Positions 46,329-59,593 of a stretch of 59,593 bases of DNA are shown in pieces. The stretch's first letter is position 1. Every line of letters begins with the position of its first letter. This stretch comes from Octopus bimaculoides. Taxonomy: Eukaryota. Made by a program: the position numbers and the translations under genes. The stretch spans positions 13,080,158-13,139,750 of the forward strand of contig NC_069008.1 of the NCBI RefSeq assembly GCF_001194135.2. Reading direction: 5' to 3'. Under the pieces are notes generated by a model. That model was not told the DNA's origin. It saw only the letters and a list, made by a program, of their open reading frames with translations, and made no database searches.

Positions 46329-46391
46329 AATATATAAAAACAAAAGGATAAAGAGAGCAAGGGTAGTGTGGAAAAGTATTTTATGGATAGA

Positions 46392-46440
46392 GTCTTACAG
46401 CTGTTTCTGGGAAGATCCAGTACTTCCCTTCATCAGAGAT
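46392..46440 (-). ncRNA. Minimal type I hammerhead ribozyme (left pLTR)
   Basis: atct-CTGATGA-agggaag-tactggat-cttccca-GAAAC-agct-GT-A-agac: intact core, one mismatch each in stems I and II. Confidence 0.8.
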
Positions 46441-46693
46441 GGAAGAAATAAAGTAATCTATTATTATATCCATAGGCGGATATTTTTAGTATTAAGTGGT
46501 AGAGTGTGGTGTGCTGAAAAAGGAGAGAACAGTACTTGAAGTGTAGTTTCNNNNNNNNNNATATCCATAGGCGGATATTTTTAGTATTAAGTGGTAGAGT
46601 GTGGTGTGCTGAAAAAGGAGAGAACAGTACTTGAAGTGTAGTTTCATTCCAGTAATAAATATCCGTGTGGAAATCCATGCAAAATAACCCTTA

Positions 46694-47671
46694 TTTGACA
46701 TCAACAACTATTACTCATCTATATCTCCTCAGCTTTTAAATAGGGCCATTCTTTTCGCCAGGGATCTTACTAACATTACACCTTTAGAAATTAACATTAT
46801 AATCAACGCTCGCAAAACTCTTATAGCTTTCGAGAATAAGCTCTGGTGCCGAGCTAATCAACATACTAATAGCTCTAACAAATTATTTGATGTTACCATG
46901 GGTTCTTCCGATTCAGCACAGGCCACGGATTTAGTTGGATTGTACATACTCCACCAATTAAAATCACACTTCCATAACATCCAAGGTGGTCTATATAGGG
47001 ATGACACTTTACTTATCACCAAGACTACTAACAAATCTTCCATTGAGAGAACAAAAAAGGATTTACACAAATTTTTCTCAGGTATGAGTCTATCAATAAC
47101 TTTTGAAAACGCATACAAAACGGCTAACTTCTTGGACGTTTCTCTGAACCTATCTAACTCGCTATACTCCCCCTATCATAAACCCAACCAGTACCTTAAA
47201 TACCTCAATATTCAATCTAATCATCACAGATCTACCTTCGACAATATAATCATAGGAATATCTACCCGCATATCTGATCTATCCTCTTCTGAAGAAATAT
47301 TTAACAATCATGCTCCATACTACAACCAAGCACTAGTGGCTAGTGGTTTCTCACAACAAATAAAATACATCCATAACACCAGACTTAAACAATTTATATC
47401 ACAAATCACACCCCAAAGACATAACATCAATCAAAACCACAACCAACCACTCACATATCCAAGTAGACCCCACAATCACACCTATAACACTAGGGCTAAA
47501 TCTAAGATGTTTAAATCAGCTAGCCCTACCAAAAGTATGGACAACTGCCCTCCACTTAAACACCTTAATTACAACATGCACAGAACCCCCCCCCCNNNNN
47601 NNNNNNNNNNNNNNNNNNNNNNNNNNNNNNNNNNNNNNNNNNNNNNNNNCCCCCCCCCTATTCTCTCTTAA
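46694..47671 (+). CDS. Penelope-like reverse transcriptase fragment
   Basis: Frame open from 46694: FDINNYYSSI...ARKTL...FDVTMGSSDSAQATDLVG...GLYRDDTL...NFLDVSLNL. Confidence 0.85.
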   Translation, partial: FDINNYYSSISPQLLNRAILFARDLTNITPLEINIIINARKTLIAFENKLWCRANQHTNSSNKLFDVTMGSSDSAQATDLVGLYILHQLKSHFHNIQGGLYRDDTLLITKTTNKSSIERTKKDLHKFFSGMSLSITFENAYKTANFLDVSLNLSNSLYSPYHKPNQYLKYLNIQSNHHRSTFDNIIIGISTRISDLSSSEEIFNNHAPYYNQALVASGFSQQIKYIHNTRLKQFISQITPQRHNINQNHNQPLTYPSRPHNHTYNTRAKSKMFKSASPTKSMDNCPPLKHLNYNMHRTPPXXXXXXXXXXXXXXXXXXXPPPILS

Positions 47672-48128
47672 CACTAGGAACCTAGCCAAATCTTTCTTTA
47701 AAATACTAGATTCTAACTTCCCACGACAACACTCTATATTCAACAGATCCACTTTAAAATTATCATATTCCACCACTCCTAACTTTGAATCTATTATAGC
47801 AGCTTCTAACAAACATAAACTCTCACTCTATTACCAAAACCTAACCAAGCGCAACTATGCTAGCACCAGCACCCGACCCACACATACACCCAACACGGAC
47901 ATCAATATACGCTTTTCTAGCACTAACCCTCGTACACTGGAACAAAACCACAATGGATCCCAACCCATTAATATTCCAGATAATAACAATACCAATAATA
48001 ACATTGATAGGACAAATAGCCATAACAATAATTCCACTGATCTAGATTCCTACGCATCCCCTAATAACATATCCTCCAATAATAATAACTCTACCACCAG
48101 CATACGCAACCCTCTAGCCTCCTACACG

Positions 48129-48584
48129 TGTAACTGTCGCTCCGGGACTATCTGTCTGCTTCAAACACATTGCGTAAGATACAATGTAATATATAAATGC
48201 ACCGTGAAAAATCTATTACATAACTCTACCGCCACGTACATTGGTGCAACTATAAACTTTAAACATCGCTACGCAGCCCACATGCACTCTTTTAGATACG
48301 ACAAACACAGTAAATCTACAACATTAGCCAATCATATTCATCACCTCAAAAACAAAAATACCCAATACACCTTAAAATGGTCCATATTAGATTCTGGAAC
48401 TCCTTACCAGGGCCAGCGCTCCAATTGCAAGCTTTGCCTAACGGAGGCGTTTCATATTTTAAAACACAATTCTCCCACTCTACTTAATCGATATAACGAA
48501 GCGTTTAGCAACTGCAACCACCGCTTTTTCCACACATTTAGATTTCATCACAAACAATTCTGCATAAACGATCATGCAACATAA
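48129..48584 (+). CDS. Penelope-like GIY-YIG endonuclease fragment
   Basis: CNCRSGTICLL...NVIYKCTV...TYIGATINFKHRYAAH...WSIL...CKLCLTE...LLNRYNE. Confidence 0.88.
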   Translation, partial: CNCRSGTICLLQTHCVRYNVIYKCTVKNLLHNSTATYIGATINFKHRYAAHMHSFRYDKHSKSTTLANHIHHLKNKNTQYTLKWSILDSGTPYQGQRSNCKLCLTEAFHILKHNSPTLLNRYNEAFSNCNHRFFHTFRFHHKQFCINDHAT

Positions 48585-49371
48585 CAATACCACCCCCCAT
48601 AGGCAACCTATTCAACCTAAACATCCATCTTTCACCATCTTTTGAGTAGGATTATTTCCTTTCGATCATTTCACCACACATATACCACCAAATCTATTTC
48701 TTCTATTGTCAAATTCACATGAACACCATCAACGCATAAAGACTAAGTCACTTCTTTCTATCCCTCTCCACCGTCTAAAAATAGATTTGGCTGCATCCTA
48801 AAATTTGATACTACTAACTACCTTTTCCACCCATCCCTTCCCCCTATCTCTGTCTTTGACTTATCACTCATACCCCCACCGCCTATATACTACACACATG
48901 CATTCCTTCCTACTCACTAGACCTTTTAACCTCATCCCCCTACTCCTCCCTCACTCTATATGCTCATCCCCTCTAGCCTGTTAAGACCAACTGACCATAA
49001 ATATATCGCTACCATCCTTCACCTCTATCTCTCCTCCATCCCCCTTCACACTCCGTCTTCATGACTTGACCTATCTACCGCTCACTTTTCACTTGACTTG
49101 GCCATTCTTCAAGTAAACAAGCAAAAATCCATCGCAACATGGAATATATGGACCTCTGCTATCTATGCTATATCAACTATTGCTCCAACATAAATCTCCG
49201 GATTATCCATACAAGGGTTATTTTGCACGGATTTCAACACGGATATTTACTACTGGAATGAAACTACACTTCAAGTACTGTTCTCTCTTTTTTCAGCACA
49301 CCACACTCTTTACCACTTAATACTAAAAATATCCGCCTATGGATATAATAATAGATTACTTTATTTTTTCT

Positions 49372-49420
49372 GTCTCCGATGAAGGGAAGTACTGGATCTT
49401 CCCTGAAACAGCTGTAAGAC
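49372..49420 (+). ncRNA. Minimal type I hammerhead ribozyme (right pLTR)
   Basis: gtct-CCGATGA-agggaag-tactggat-cttccct-GAAAC-agct-GT-A-agac: perfect stems I and II, U4C change in the core. Confidence 0.78.
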
Positions 49421-50324
49421 TCTATCCATAAAATACTTATCCAGCCTTACCATTGCTCTCTTTATCTTTTTATTTTTATATATTTACATATGCACACGCT
49501 AATACACGACTTATAATCCCCAATCCTGTTCATACAACGACTGGGGCAAACTAATCGGTATACAGCACTTACTCGGTATTACCTGTATCCTCTTGGGTTT
49601 GGTTAAATCCAATACCCTCCTCAACCTTATATATNNNNNNNNNNNNNNNNNNNNNNNNNNNNNNNNNNNNNNNNNNNNNNNNNNNNNNNNNNNNNNNNNN
49701 NNNNNNNNNNNNNNNNNNNNNNNNNNNNNNNNNNNNNNNNNNNNNNNNNNNNNNNNNNNNNNNNNNNNNNNNNNNNNNNNNNNNNNNNNNNNNNNNNNNN
49801 NNNNNNNNNNNNNNNNNNNNNNNNNNNNNNNNNNNNNNNNNNNNNNNNNNNNNNNNNNNNNNNNNNNNNNNNNNNNNNNNNNNNNNNNNNNNNNNNNNNN
49901 NNNNNNNNNNNNNNNNNNNNNNNNNNNNNNNNNNNNNNNNNNNNNNNNNNNNNNNNNNNNNNNNNNNNNNNNNNNNNNNNNNNNNNNNNNNNNNNNNNNN
50001 NNNNNNNNNNNNNNNNNNNNNNNNNNGACGTATGTAGTGTGAAAATGGGGGAAGGGAGAAAGGGAGAAAGTAGTTGGTCAGTTGTAGTGTGTGCATGGTG
50101 TGATGCGAGGGTATTGGTGTGGTGTGCGTGGTGTGATGCGAGGGTATTGGTGTGGTGTGATATATATATATACATATATGTGTGTGTGTGTGTATGTATG
50201 TGTATATATATATATATATATATATACATATATACATGTATATATATGTGTGTGTATTTGTGTGTGATCTTATATTTATTTTTCCTCAATCATTTCTATT
50301 TTTATTTTATTCTTCTAGTTTTCT

Positions 50325-52140
50325 TTATTGTCACAAATGCCGAAAAATAGGGCATTTTGGAAAACTATGTGGGATCAATGCAGCAACTGTAACACAGGAT
50401 GATGGTAAACATGATTTGCCATTGGCAGAATCAGCATCAGCAGGTTCAGCCTTCCGAGTAACCTCCATGGTTATACAGATCAATAGCTATAAAACTGAAG
50501 CATTAATTGATAACGGTAGCACAGACAAGAGCTTCATCAGTGAGAAGCTAATGAACACACTCAACATCAAAACAGTCAAATTGAAGAACATTATTGGTAT
50601 GGCTTCTGCATCTCTTTCTGTGGAATCCAAGGGATACTGCACTGTTTCACTCACACTGAATAATCAGAAATACTGTCATGTGAAACTGTACGTGCTCGGA
50701 AACTTGTGCACTGACCTAATTCTGGATACTGATTTCCAAGATCTCCAAGGGATAAAATCATGAGATGGCGCATTGCGTTATCTCCATACTCATATAATAT
50801 TCACTATTACCCAGGATCCAGCAACATCACTCCGGGTGCATTCACTCGGGTATGCTGTTCAGCAATCAGTTCACATTCACTTTATGAGTTGCATGCAGCA
50901 CTGTGCCATCCCGATGTAAGGCGCCTTCATCATTTCATCCGCAGTAAAAAAATTTTCCATATTCGTTGGAGAACGTGAAACAAATTTGTAGGAATTGCTC
51001 TATATGTCAAGAAGTGAAGTCACAGTGTTATAAACCAGACTCAGTTAGCTTAATTAAGGCTACGCAGCCCTTCGAGTGAATTTCCATCAATTTCAAAGGT
51101 CTGATTCCTTCCACAAAGGATCCTTATCTCCTAACAATAGTTGACGAATACTCTCGGTTTCCGTTTGCTTATCCAGTATCTGAAACATCAGCTCAGACAA
51201 ATAAAGTGTCTTACAGACTTGTTCCCAGTTTTTGGTATGCCCAGTTGTGTACATTCAGATTGTGAAACTGCCTTTATGTCTACAAGATTGAGAGAATGGC
51301 TCCTTACTAAGGACATTGCAACGAGTAGGACGACACCATACAATCCCACTGGGAACAGTCAAGTAGGATGATATAATGGTACTATTTGGAAGTCAGTACT
51401 ACTCTCTTTGAAAACCTGAGCCCTTCCAGTATCTTCATGGGAAATAGTTCTTCCAGACGTGTTGCATTCAATCAGATCTCTACTTTGTACGTCCCTCAAT
51501 GCCACTCCTCATGAATGTCTTTTTAACTATCAAAGACGTTCAGCAACAGGAACATCTATGCCAACATGGCTTCTCAACCCAGGACCTGTGCTTGTGCAAA
51601 GAAACAATTGCATTAGCAAGTATGACTCTATCGTGGACCAAGTTGATTTAATCGAAGCCAACCCCCAATACGCTCACGAAACTACAGTATCCACAAAACA
51701 ACTGGCATCACCAGGAAAAATTAACCCAACTGATTACCTAACCCAAATATTTGTTTCTCAAGAGCCAGACAGAGAGCCAACTGAAATTTCTCCTCCTCCA
51801 CGAGATAACAGTCAAGAACAAAAACAAGAATCCCCTCAGCTGCGTTGATCACAAAGGATTCGGAAAGCCCCCGGAAAGCTTGATCTATGATTTTTCTTCC
51901 TTCTTTTTCTAGGAGGGAGTGAATGTTATGCAAATAACGTTGATATAAAGAGCATGCACATTTAACAGGAAGAGGAAGAGAGAGACCAGCCATTCGGAAT
52001 AATGTACAGGAATAGGACTAAAAATTAGTTTCTTTGAACCAGGATTTACTGGTTATACATTACAGTAGTCATGAGAAAATAATTAGTTACATAAGCTCTG
52101 TGAATACATATTCAAGACAAGATAAAACCGAAAGCTTGAC
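50325..52140 (+). mobile_element. Degenerate Gypsy LTR retrotransposon: gag CCHC, protease, RNase H end, integrase, PPT and start of 3' LTR; RT deleted
   Basis: CHKCRKIGHFGKLC; ALIDNGS; RWRIALSPYSYNIHYYPG; LHAALCHP...CRNCSIC; LTIVDEYSRFPFAYP; VHSD; RTTPYNPTGN. PPT aggagggagtgaa at 51911-51923, then TGTTATG. The LTR end is not determined. Confidence 0.85.
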
Positions 52141-52539
52141 TATTTATAAGCTTTGTTAGGATATGTTCTAGAAGTTTGTTTTACAAAATAATTTGGTGAA
52201 TAGGCTTTGTGAATATACGGCCAGGACTGAAGGTAGATAAGACAAGCTAAATTCATGACAACACTATCACAACTCCTGTTTGCTTGGTTGGGTACAAAGT
52301 TGTTAAAGCAACTGTTAGATGCTGAAAACTGAGAATGTGGCTTCCATGGTAACAATTCTCAACACTGATATTTTCCACCCAAAATTCATCTATTTATTGG
52401 CCTTCTCAGGATAAGTTCTAGAAGGTTTGAGAAGATTGTATCACGTAATGGCTTGATGCTTATTGGTCAGTTAATTGGAAAATCACATGAAGTTGCTGTT
52501 ACTAAGCCTTGACAACTTATTGACTTGGTATCAAATCTG

Positions 52540-52770
52540 CTACATAATCTGAAAAATATTTACTGTGTGGCTAATAGATTGGATTTGGAGAATGTGCATC
52601 ATTTTATTTTGCACTTCCTTTGAGAAACCTTGCATTTCTTGGTTTGCATGTAAATCTGTAGATACATAACCTAATGCACCTATCACTGTAGGTACAAACG
52701 AAAATTTATCGTCAAATACCAGAATGTAAGTTCTGCATTAATGCACCAGAAATGTTCTCTTTGTCTTTGA
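52540..52770 (-). mobile_element. RLE-type (R2/R4/NeSL group) LINE C-terminal remnant
   Basis: Minus frames KENISGALMQNL and DDKFSFVPTVIGALGYVSTDL...GFSK...LQIQSISHTVNIF resemble the restriction-like endonuclease C-terminus. Confidence 0.65.
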
Positions 52771-53724
52771 AAGTGCCTTCAGCCACTGCCCTTAACCCCT
52801 CTGCCAGTCCTCATTCTTTACACTTCCCTTATCTACAATCATTCTGAATGCCTTCTCATATCTATCACCATGTCCCACATACTATAGCCCCTAATACACT
52901 ATATCTCCCTCTCCATATCTCCAACACCTAGCACATTATCCCACTACTTCCTGACCCACTCCTATATCTTTCGTGTAACTCCTCTCCACCCTGGTATTAA
53001 CCTTCAACTGAACCTCCACCTTTATTCATCACTCACTATATTCATCTCTGCCCCAATCGTTAATCAACTGTTCTCTATTTACACTCTTATACAAGTATCC
53101 ATCACCCAGTCTCCATCCTCTCTTATGCTCAACCTTTCTATCTAGAGAGTTTGCTTTAGCCCTCAATCACTGTCTTCCTCTCACCTCTTTCAGCCATGTA
53201 TCTCCTGTATAGTAAAACACCTGCACTCGACCCTCTACCATACTTAGCCTTTCAACATCTCATGTTAAGTCACCTACATCTACCTTCCCCTCTCAGTACA
53301 GGTAGCTTTTCGTTTCTTCCTTCTCCTGTCTTGCAACATCATAATGCTGGTGGCACAAAAAAGGCATCCTGTACATTGTGTAAAATGTTGTACATTAGAA
53401 AGGACATCCAGCTATAGAAACCATGTCAAAACTGTCACTGGAGCTCAACGTGGTGTTGCACCTTGATGGATCCTGTCATCCCATCCACCATGGACCACAG
53501 ACACTAAATGATAATAACACGTGACATGCAGCACACTGTGCCCCTGTACAAACAATGTCAATTTGATAGAGAGAGTGAGCTTGATGTACAGCACAAACAT
53601 TTGATCACTAGGAGCAAATCATCAACAGAAGCCCACCACAAATACATACATCTAGTTAAATTACTTTTTAACGAGAATCAGTTGTCACAGTGATAATTAC
53701 TAGATGGTCCAGAAGGCACCAGGC

Positions 53725-53910
53725 TGGCGGAATCATTAGCATTCTGGACAAAGTCCTTCTTGGCATTTCGTCTCTCATGTTCTGCCTTCAAATTCTGCTG
53801 AGGCTGGCTTTGCTTGTTATCCATTTGCAGTCGATGAAATTAAAACAAGTTATGCACTGGGGTTAATGTAGGCCCCCTCCGCCAAAGTTTCAGGCCTTGT
53901 GTCTATAGGA
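53725..53910 (+). mobile_element. SINE-D (diverged)
   Basis: ctggcggaatcattagc...ggctttgcttgttatccatttgcagtcgatgaaatt...tttcaggccttgtgtctatagga. Confidence 0.6.
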
Positions 53911-54426
53911 GAAACGATAATTACTAGATGATCCTGTATGTGTGTATCAGAGTTCATTACGGATTATATGAATGAGAAAAAAAAAAAAATGTAAACTTTA
54001 CTTAATCATAAAAGGTTCAACATTACACTTACTACACTGTATTTAGCACAACACAAATATTGATATTCCACTGCAATGTCAAACGCTTGTTGCGATGCAG
54101 GGAGGACATGTGTGACTCAATGTCCCTAACATCTATACCAGAAGAGCCATAGACACCTGGCAAGACATCTCATGCTGCACAGATCAAGTTATAGAGGCCC
54201 AGCTTACATGGACCACCTCTACCCAGAGGTAAAACTGGTTTATGTGTAGAGCCAACCTACCTAGAAAAAAGCCAACTTACAGAAATTTTGACATAAAATC
54301 GAAACCAACAAGATGTGGGAGAGAAAAAGGCAGCTAAGAGTTGGGAACAATAAAGGAAAGTCATTGAATGTTTGTGCTTTGTAGGGAGTGAAAGGCCTAA
54401 GCAAGCAAATTTTGGTATTGATACAG

Positions 54427-54858
<432 letters not shown>

Positions 54859-55369
54859 AATTCTTCATTTCTGATCAATATATGCAGCTTCAATGCAATA
54901 AATACTGCTATATTTTAACCAGTTGTGATCTTTGATGATATCTGAAACCTTTTGTAATGCAAATTTAATTATAACATAAAATCTTTCCATAAATTTTGCA
55001 GCCAGTAAAGTCGAGAAATGTTTCTGTTAAACTTAGTTCAGGGGAAGTATCACTGCACTATGAAGTAATTGGTATTAGCCTGGGCCAAAATAGACACTGG
55101 ACCTTGGCACAGCTTTTCTAGCTCCTCTGTTCATGTCAAAGTGTCCAACCCATGCCAGCATGGCAAAACAGATGTTGAACGATCATGGTAATATCTGATG
55201 TAAACACTTCTAATGATGTTCGATAATCTGAAATAATAGAGAAACAAGAATTGAAGACATACAAAATATTTAAACAGTAAAACTATAAAAGCGAAAATTA
55301 TATTATATTTCTGTACCGATAAATGATTGAAATAAACATTTACTAAACTACTGAAGCTTAGGGAAAAAA

Positions 55370-55632
<263 letters not shown>

Positions 55633-55925
55633 ATTAATGGAGCTGGCTTTTTCTGACTAAATTCATCAAGGTTGTGCTCCAGCATGGCAGCACGTCAATG
55701 ATTGCAACAAGCAAAACAAAAGATAAAAACTAGATCAACCATGAAGTTTATACGAAGAGAAAAATTAGAAAGAAAAAAAGAAAATAAAAAACATGAACGG
55801 ATTAAAAGAAAAGAGATTGAATTAATGTTTCATCAGTTACTTGTTTTAGTCACTGGCCTGTGGCCATGCTGGAGCACCACATTGAAGAGTTTGATCGAAC
55901 AAATCACTCCCAGTAATTATTATTA

Positions 55926-56996
55926 TTGGGTCATCCCATAAATAATGCGACCTTTTTTATACTTCTTTAATTTTTCAAAATTAAGATAAATAATTTCTTT
56001 TTTAATCTAAAATAGACTCTCCTTCATTTTCTACAATGCTCTTCCAACCAGGTCCTGCTTCCAAAATTCACTTGTCTGTGAGGATAAATATTCCTCCAGT
56101 ACTGTTCTGACCTCGTCTACAAAATTCATAATTTTTCTGTCCAAAGGATCTTGAAGACTGNNNNNNNNNNNNNNNNNNNNNNNNNNNNNNNNNNNNNNNN
56201 NNNNNNNNNNNNNNNNNNNNNNNNNNNNNNNNNNNNNNNNNNNNNNNNNNNNNNNNNNNNNNNNNNNNNNNNNNNNNNNNNNNNNNNNNNNNNNNNNNNN
56301 NNNNNNNNNNNNNNNNNNNNNNNNNNNNNNNNNNNNNNNNNNNNNNNNNNNNNNNNNNNNNNNNNNNNNNNNNNNNNNNNNNNNNNNNNNNNNNNNNNNN
56401 NNNNNNNNNNNNNNNNNNNNNNNNNNNNNNNNNNNNNNNNNNNNNNNNNNNNNNNNNNNNNNNNNNNNNNNNNNNNNNNNNNNNNNNNNNNNNNNNNNNN
56501 NNNNNNNNNNNNNNNNNNNNNNNNNNNNNNNNNNNNNNNNNNNNNNNNNNNNNNNNNNNNNNNNNNNNNNNNNNNNNNNNNNNNNNNNNNNNNNNNNNNN
56601 NNNNNNNNNNNNNNNNNNNNNNNNNNNNNNNNNNNNNNNNNNNNNNNNNNNNNNNNNNNNNTTGTTATCATTTGATTTGGGTTTAAAAGTTCAGAGTGGA
56701 CTAAACCTTTCATATCCCACCAAAATGATAGCAACACCTTACATGGGTGAAGACCTTCTTTGGCCTGAGGTGTCAGTGTTTCTCCTTTCCCTACCCATTT
56801 TGTCTTCAGTGCTCGACACTTTTATAGAGAACCCATTTCTCATCACCAGTCACTATTTGGTCAAAAAAAGGTTCATTCATGAGACATGACAGCAAAGAAG
56901 AGCACACATTCACTCTCTGCAGGTAGTTTATCCCGTCGCCCTCTGACTTTTAGTTCATGCAATTGAAAAAACAAAATTATTTATGGGATGGTCCAA
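55926..56996 (-). mobile_element. mariner (DD34D-like) element, internally deleted, TA TSD
   Basis: 21-bp TIRs ttgg(gt/ac)catcccataaataat flanked by TA. Minus frame IVTGDEKWVLY...KVLLSFWWDMKGLVHSELL and C-terminal WxSIVENEG. Confidence 0.88.
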
Positions 56997-57795
56997 TAAT
57001 ATTGTGTCTTTCAAGTCTTGTACTTATTCCCTTGCTCACTTTAGCCGAAATGCCAATTTACAGGAACATAAATAAACGAACACCAGTTATCAAAAACACA
57101 AAACGAGCTTCCAAGTATTTTCCATTTACCAAATTCGCTCACAAAACACTGGTCGATCTGGTAGAAGACACCTACCCAAGATGACATCAAGTAGAACTCG
57201 AACCCAAATACAATAAGTCGGAAAGTGAATTTCAGAATCCACACAGCCTATGAGGTATATTTGCTGAAAACTGGATTAATTACGTTTGTTTAAATGAAGA
57301 TAGAAATTAGTGAGAAAGAGCAAAACCAAAAACGGATAGAAAATGCCACAAAGCATTTCTGATGTTCGAGATGCAAAATGATTCTGCCAATGATATAATA
57401 AAGTTATAAAATGAAATAATGAAAGATATATTGAAGAAAATACGTAAACGATACTTACATAGCGATTGCAGCTTTAAGGTGAAATAACGAGGGATGAACT
57501 GAAGTAGGGAGACTTGAAATTAATGAGGACATTGATATATTTAGGACAACTTTCAAATACTTCTTACATCATATCTCTATTAGTCACTTGTGATTAATTA
57601 ACATTAACCATCTGTTGTACTAATTGGTTATTACTAAGTTAGCCTAAATAAATAAAGAATAATATATCTCTAACGTTCGTAGATACAATGAGTGGTACTG
57701 ACATAACGGATGTGTCATTGTATGGGAAGAGCTCACCTACAATCACTAGAGAGTGCAATAGCAATAGATATAAGTGAGAAATATGTTTTGGCCTG

Positions 57796-58110
57796 GTGGA
57801 GGCGCAATGGCCCAGTGGTTAGGGCAGCGGACTCGCGGTTTCGATTCCCAGATCGGGCGTTGTGAGTGTTTATTGAGCGAAAACACTTAAAGCTCCACGA
57901 GACTACGGCAGGGGATGGTGGCGAACCTTGCTGTACTCTTCCACCACAACTTTCTCTCACTCTTACTTCCTGTTTCTGTTGTGCCTGTAATTCAAAGGGT
58001 CAGCCTTGTCACACTGTGTCACGCTGAATATCCCCCGAGAACTACGTTAAGGGTACACGTGTCTGTGGAGTGCTCAGCCACTTTCACGTTAATTTCACGA
58101 GCAGGCTGTT
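57796..58110 (+). mobile_element. SINE-A (3' end in gap)
   Basis: gtggaggcgcaatggcccagtggttagggcagcggac head and body. Confidence 0.88.
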
Positions 58111-58544
58111 TNNNNNNNNNNNNNNNNNNNNNNNNNNNNNNNNNNNNNNNNNNNNNNNNNNNNNNNNNNNNNNNNNNNNNNNNNNNNNNNNNNNNNNNNN
58201 NNNNNNNNNNNNNNNNNNNNNNNNNNNNNNNNNNNNNNNNNNNNNNNNNNNNNNNNNNNNNNNNNNNNNNNNNNNNNNNNNNNNNNNNNNNNNNNNNNNN
58301 NNNNNNNNNNNNNNNNNNNNNNNNNNNNNNNNNNNNNNNNNNNNNNNNNNGTCAAGTAGTGGGGTCAATGTAATTGATTAACTGCCTCCCCTAATATTTC
58401 AGGCCTTGTGCTGATAGTAAAAAAAATATTACATATGTATATGCTAGAAGGCGGTAGTTTCCATGGCTGCCCTGGGACTGAATGTCGAAAGAGGTGAGGG
58501 TTCCAAGGAAGGGTTTTGAAATATGAAATTCTGGGGTAAGGGAT

Positions 58545-58628
58545 AGATAGATAAATAGATAGATAGGTAGATAGATAGATAGATAGATAGGTGGATGGAT
58601 AGATAGATAGATAGGTAGAGAGATAGAT
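58545..58628. repeat. (GATA)n-type tetranucleotide microsatellite
   Basis: Direct reading. Confidence 0.9.
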
Positions 58629-59593
58629 AAAAGGATGTGCATGATTCAGGGAGATTTAGCTGCTATTTCTGACAGTAGGTCCAGCATACATTAAGCCTTC
58701 ATAAATTAGATTTTCAGATCCCTTTCGTTCTGCATCCTTCCAGGTTTTCTCTCTCTGTGTCCTCGCATATATTTTTGCTTACGTATGGCTGCTGTTTCTA
58801 GCACATCAAGCTTTGCAGTGCAATGGGCCTCCTGTAATTTATGTGGTTTTTCATGACAGACAGACAGACAGACATAGAGATTATAAGCTGCCGTTCATTT
58901 CAGATGTATAGTAGATTGGAGGGCCATTTGACTGCTATTTCTAACATCTCTAGCTCTCATGTACAATTCAGCTGTCACTGGTCACGTACATGAATGTGTA
59001 TGAAGTTATGTAAGACACTATGGTGTTATTGGAAGGGTATTTGGCTGCTATTTCTAACAGCTCTAACATCCTTTAACCTTTTACACATCATGAATTTAAT
59101 TTTCTTTTCAAATTTAACTTTGACATTTAATTATTATAATGAAATTAATACAGCAATGAAAAGACAATTTACCGACAAACACTTACATACAAGGCATGCT
59201 AGAAATAGCAGCTAAATTACGAATGTACTGGATATTGTGTTTTTCTGTTTGTGTTTTTGTTTGATCCTGTTTTATCTGTTTGACAAAATTGTTTGGTGCT
59301 TTGGACCAAAAGACTGACAATAGATATGGGGTCGATTGTCTCACATAAAACCCTCCAGAGTGGTGCCCCAGAAACAATAATAAGACTACTGGGGTAGGGA
59401 TCGAACTGCCATATTGGAGTGTATTTTGTCTTGGTTCAGAAGTGTAGGGGAGGGGGGAGATGGGGGAATGAATGAATCAATCAAATCAACTCAACTCCCC
59501 CACCACACCACCACATTATGGACATATGTATATATGTAACTATATAAGCAAACATTGACCTACACACACACACATGTATGTGTGTGTGTGTAT

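Larger units (their letters stand above)
46322..49491 (+). mobile_element. Penelope-like retroelement, 5'-truncated, with an inverted pLTR at the 5' end
   Basis: RT and GIY-YIG remnants on +. 46322-46692 is the reverse complement of 49213-49491 (about 280 bp after removing a gap artefact). The left repeat joins the RT directly at the FDI motif. Confidence 0.92.

Noticed and set aside
46466-46645. 85-bp duplication in the left Penelope pLTR
   Set aside because: Flanks a 10-N gap and is absent from the right pLTR; artefact.
57400-57730. Possible first exon and promoter of ZNF-6 (minus-strand GTAAGT near 57459)
   Set aside because: No recognisable homology to the first exons of ZNF-2, ZNF-3 or ZNF-4; a lone donor-like hexamer is insufficient.

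Overview
Eukaryotic, AT-rich, gapped (N-run) scaffold. It is most likely from an octopus; this is inferred from the SINE families and the style of the C2H2 cluster, not from a database match. The window holds a tandem cluster of six C2H2 zinc-finger genes with single-exon CDSs and no KRAB/SCAN-type effector domain: ZNF-1 (+, 1835-3742, 5' end in a gap), ZNF-2 (+, 9110-10294), ZNF-3 (-, 16376-17398), ZNF-4 (+, 26684-27967), ZNF-5 (+, 37373-38773, gapped, divergent subfamily) and pseudogene ZNF-6 (-, 54427-54858). Five of them share the same terminal finger/stop motif, and four show a shared splice acceptor, 5'UTR and MENE-like leader. The finger number between these fixed ends varies from 4 to 28. 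The genes sit in dense repeats: four tRNA-derived SINE families (labelled A, C, D, E here), many RTE-LINE 3' tails, L1/Tx1, RLE-type LINE, Gypsy, mariner, DD37D, pogo, Merlin and hAT-like remnants, and Penelope-like elements. One Penelope-like element has inverted terminal repeats that each carry a minimal hammerhead ribozyme. The most unusual observations are these hammerheads (plus a third with an atypical CUGUUGA core), a decayed tandem array of tRNA-like units at 44.5-45.9 kb, the fixed-end 'accordion' evolution of the ZNF arrays, and several unusual transposon rearrangements. No prokaryotic-type system, CRISPR array, rRNA or intact tRNA was found.
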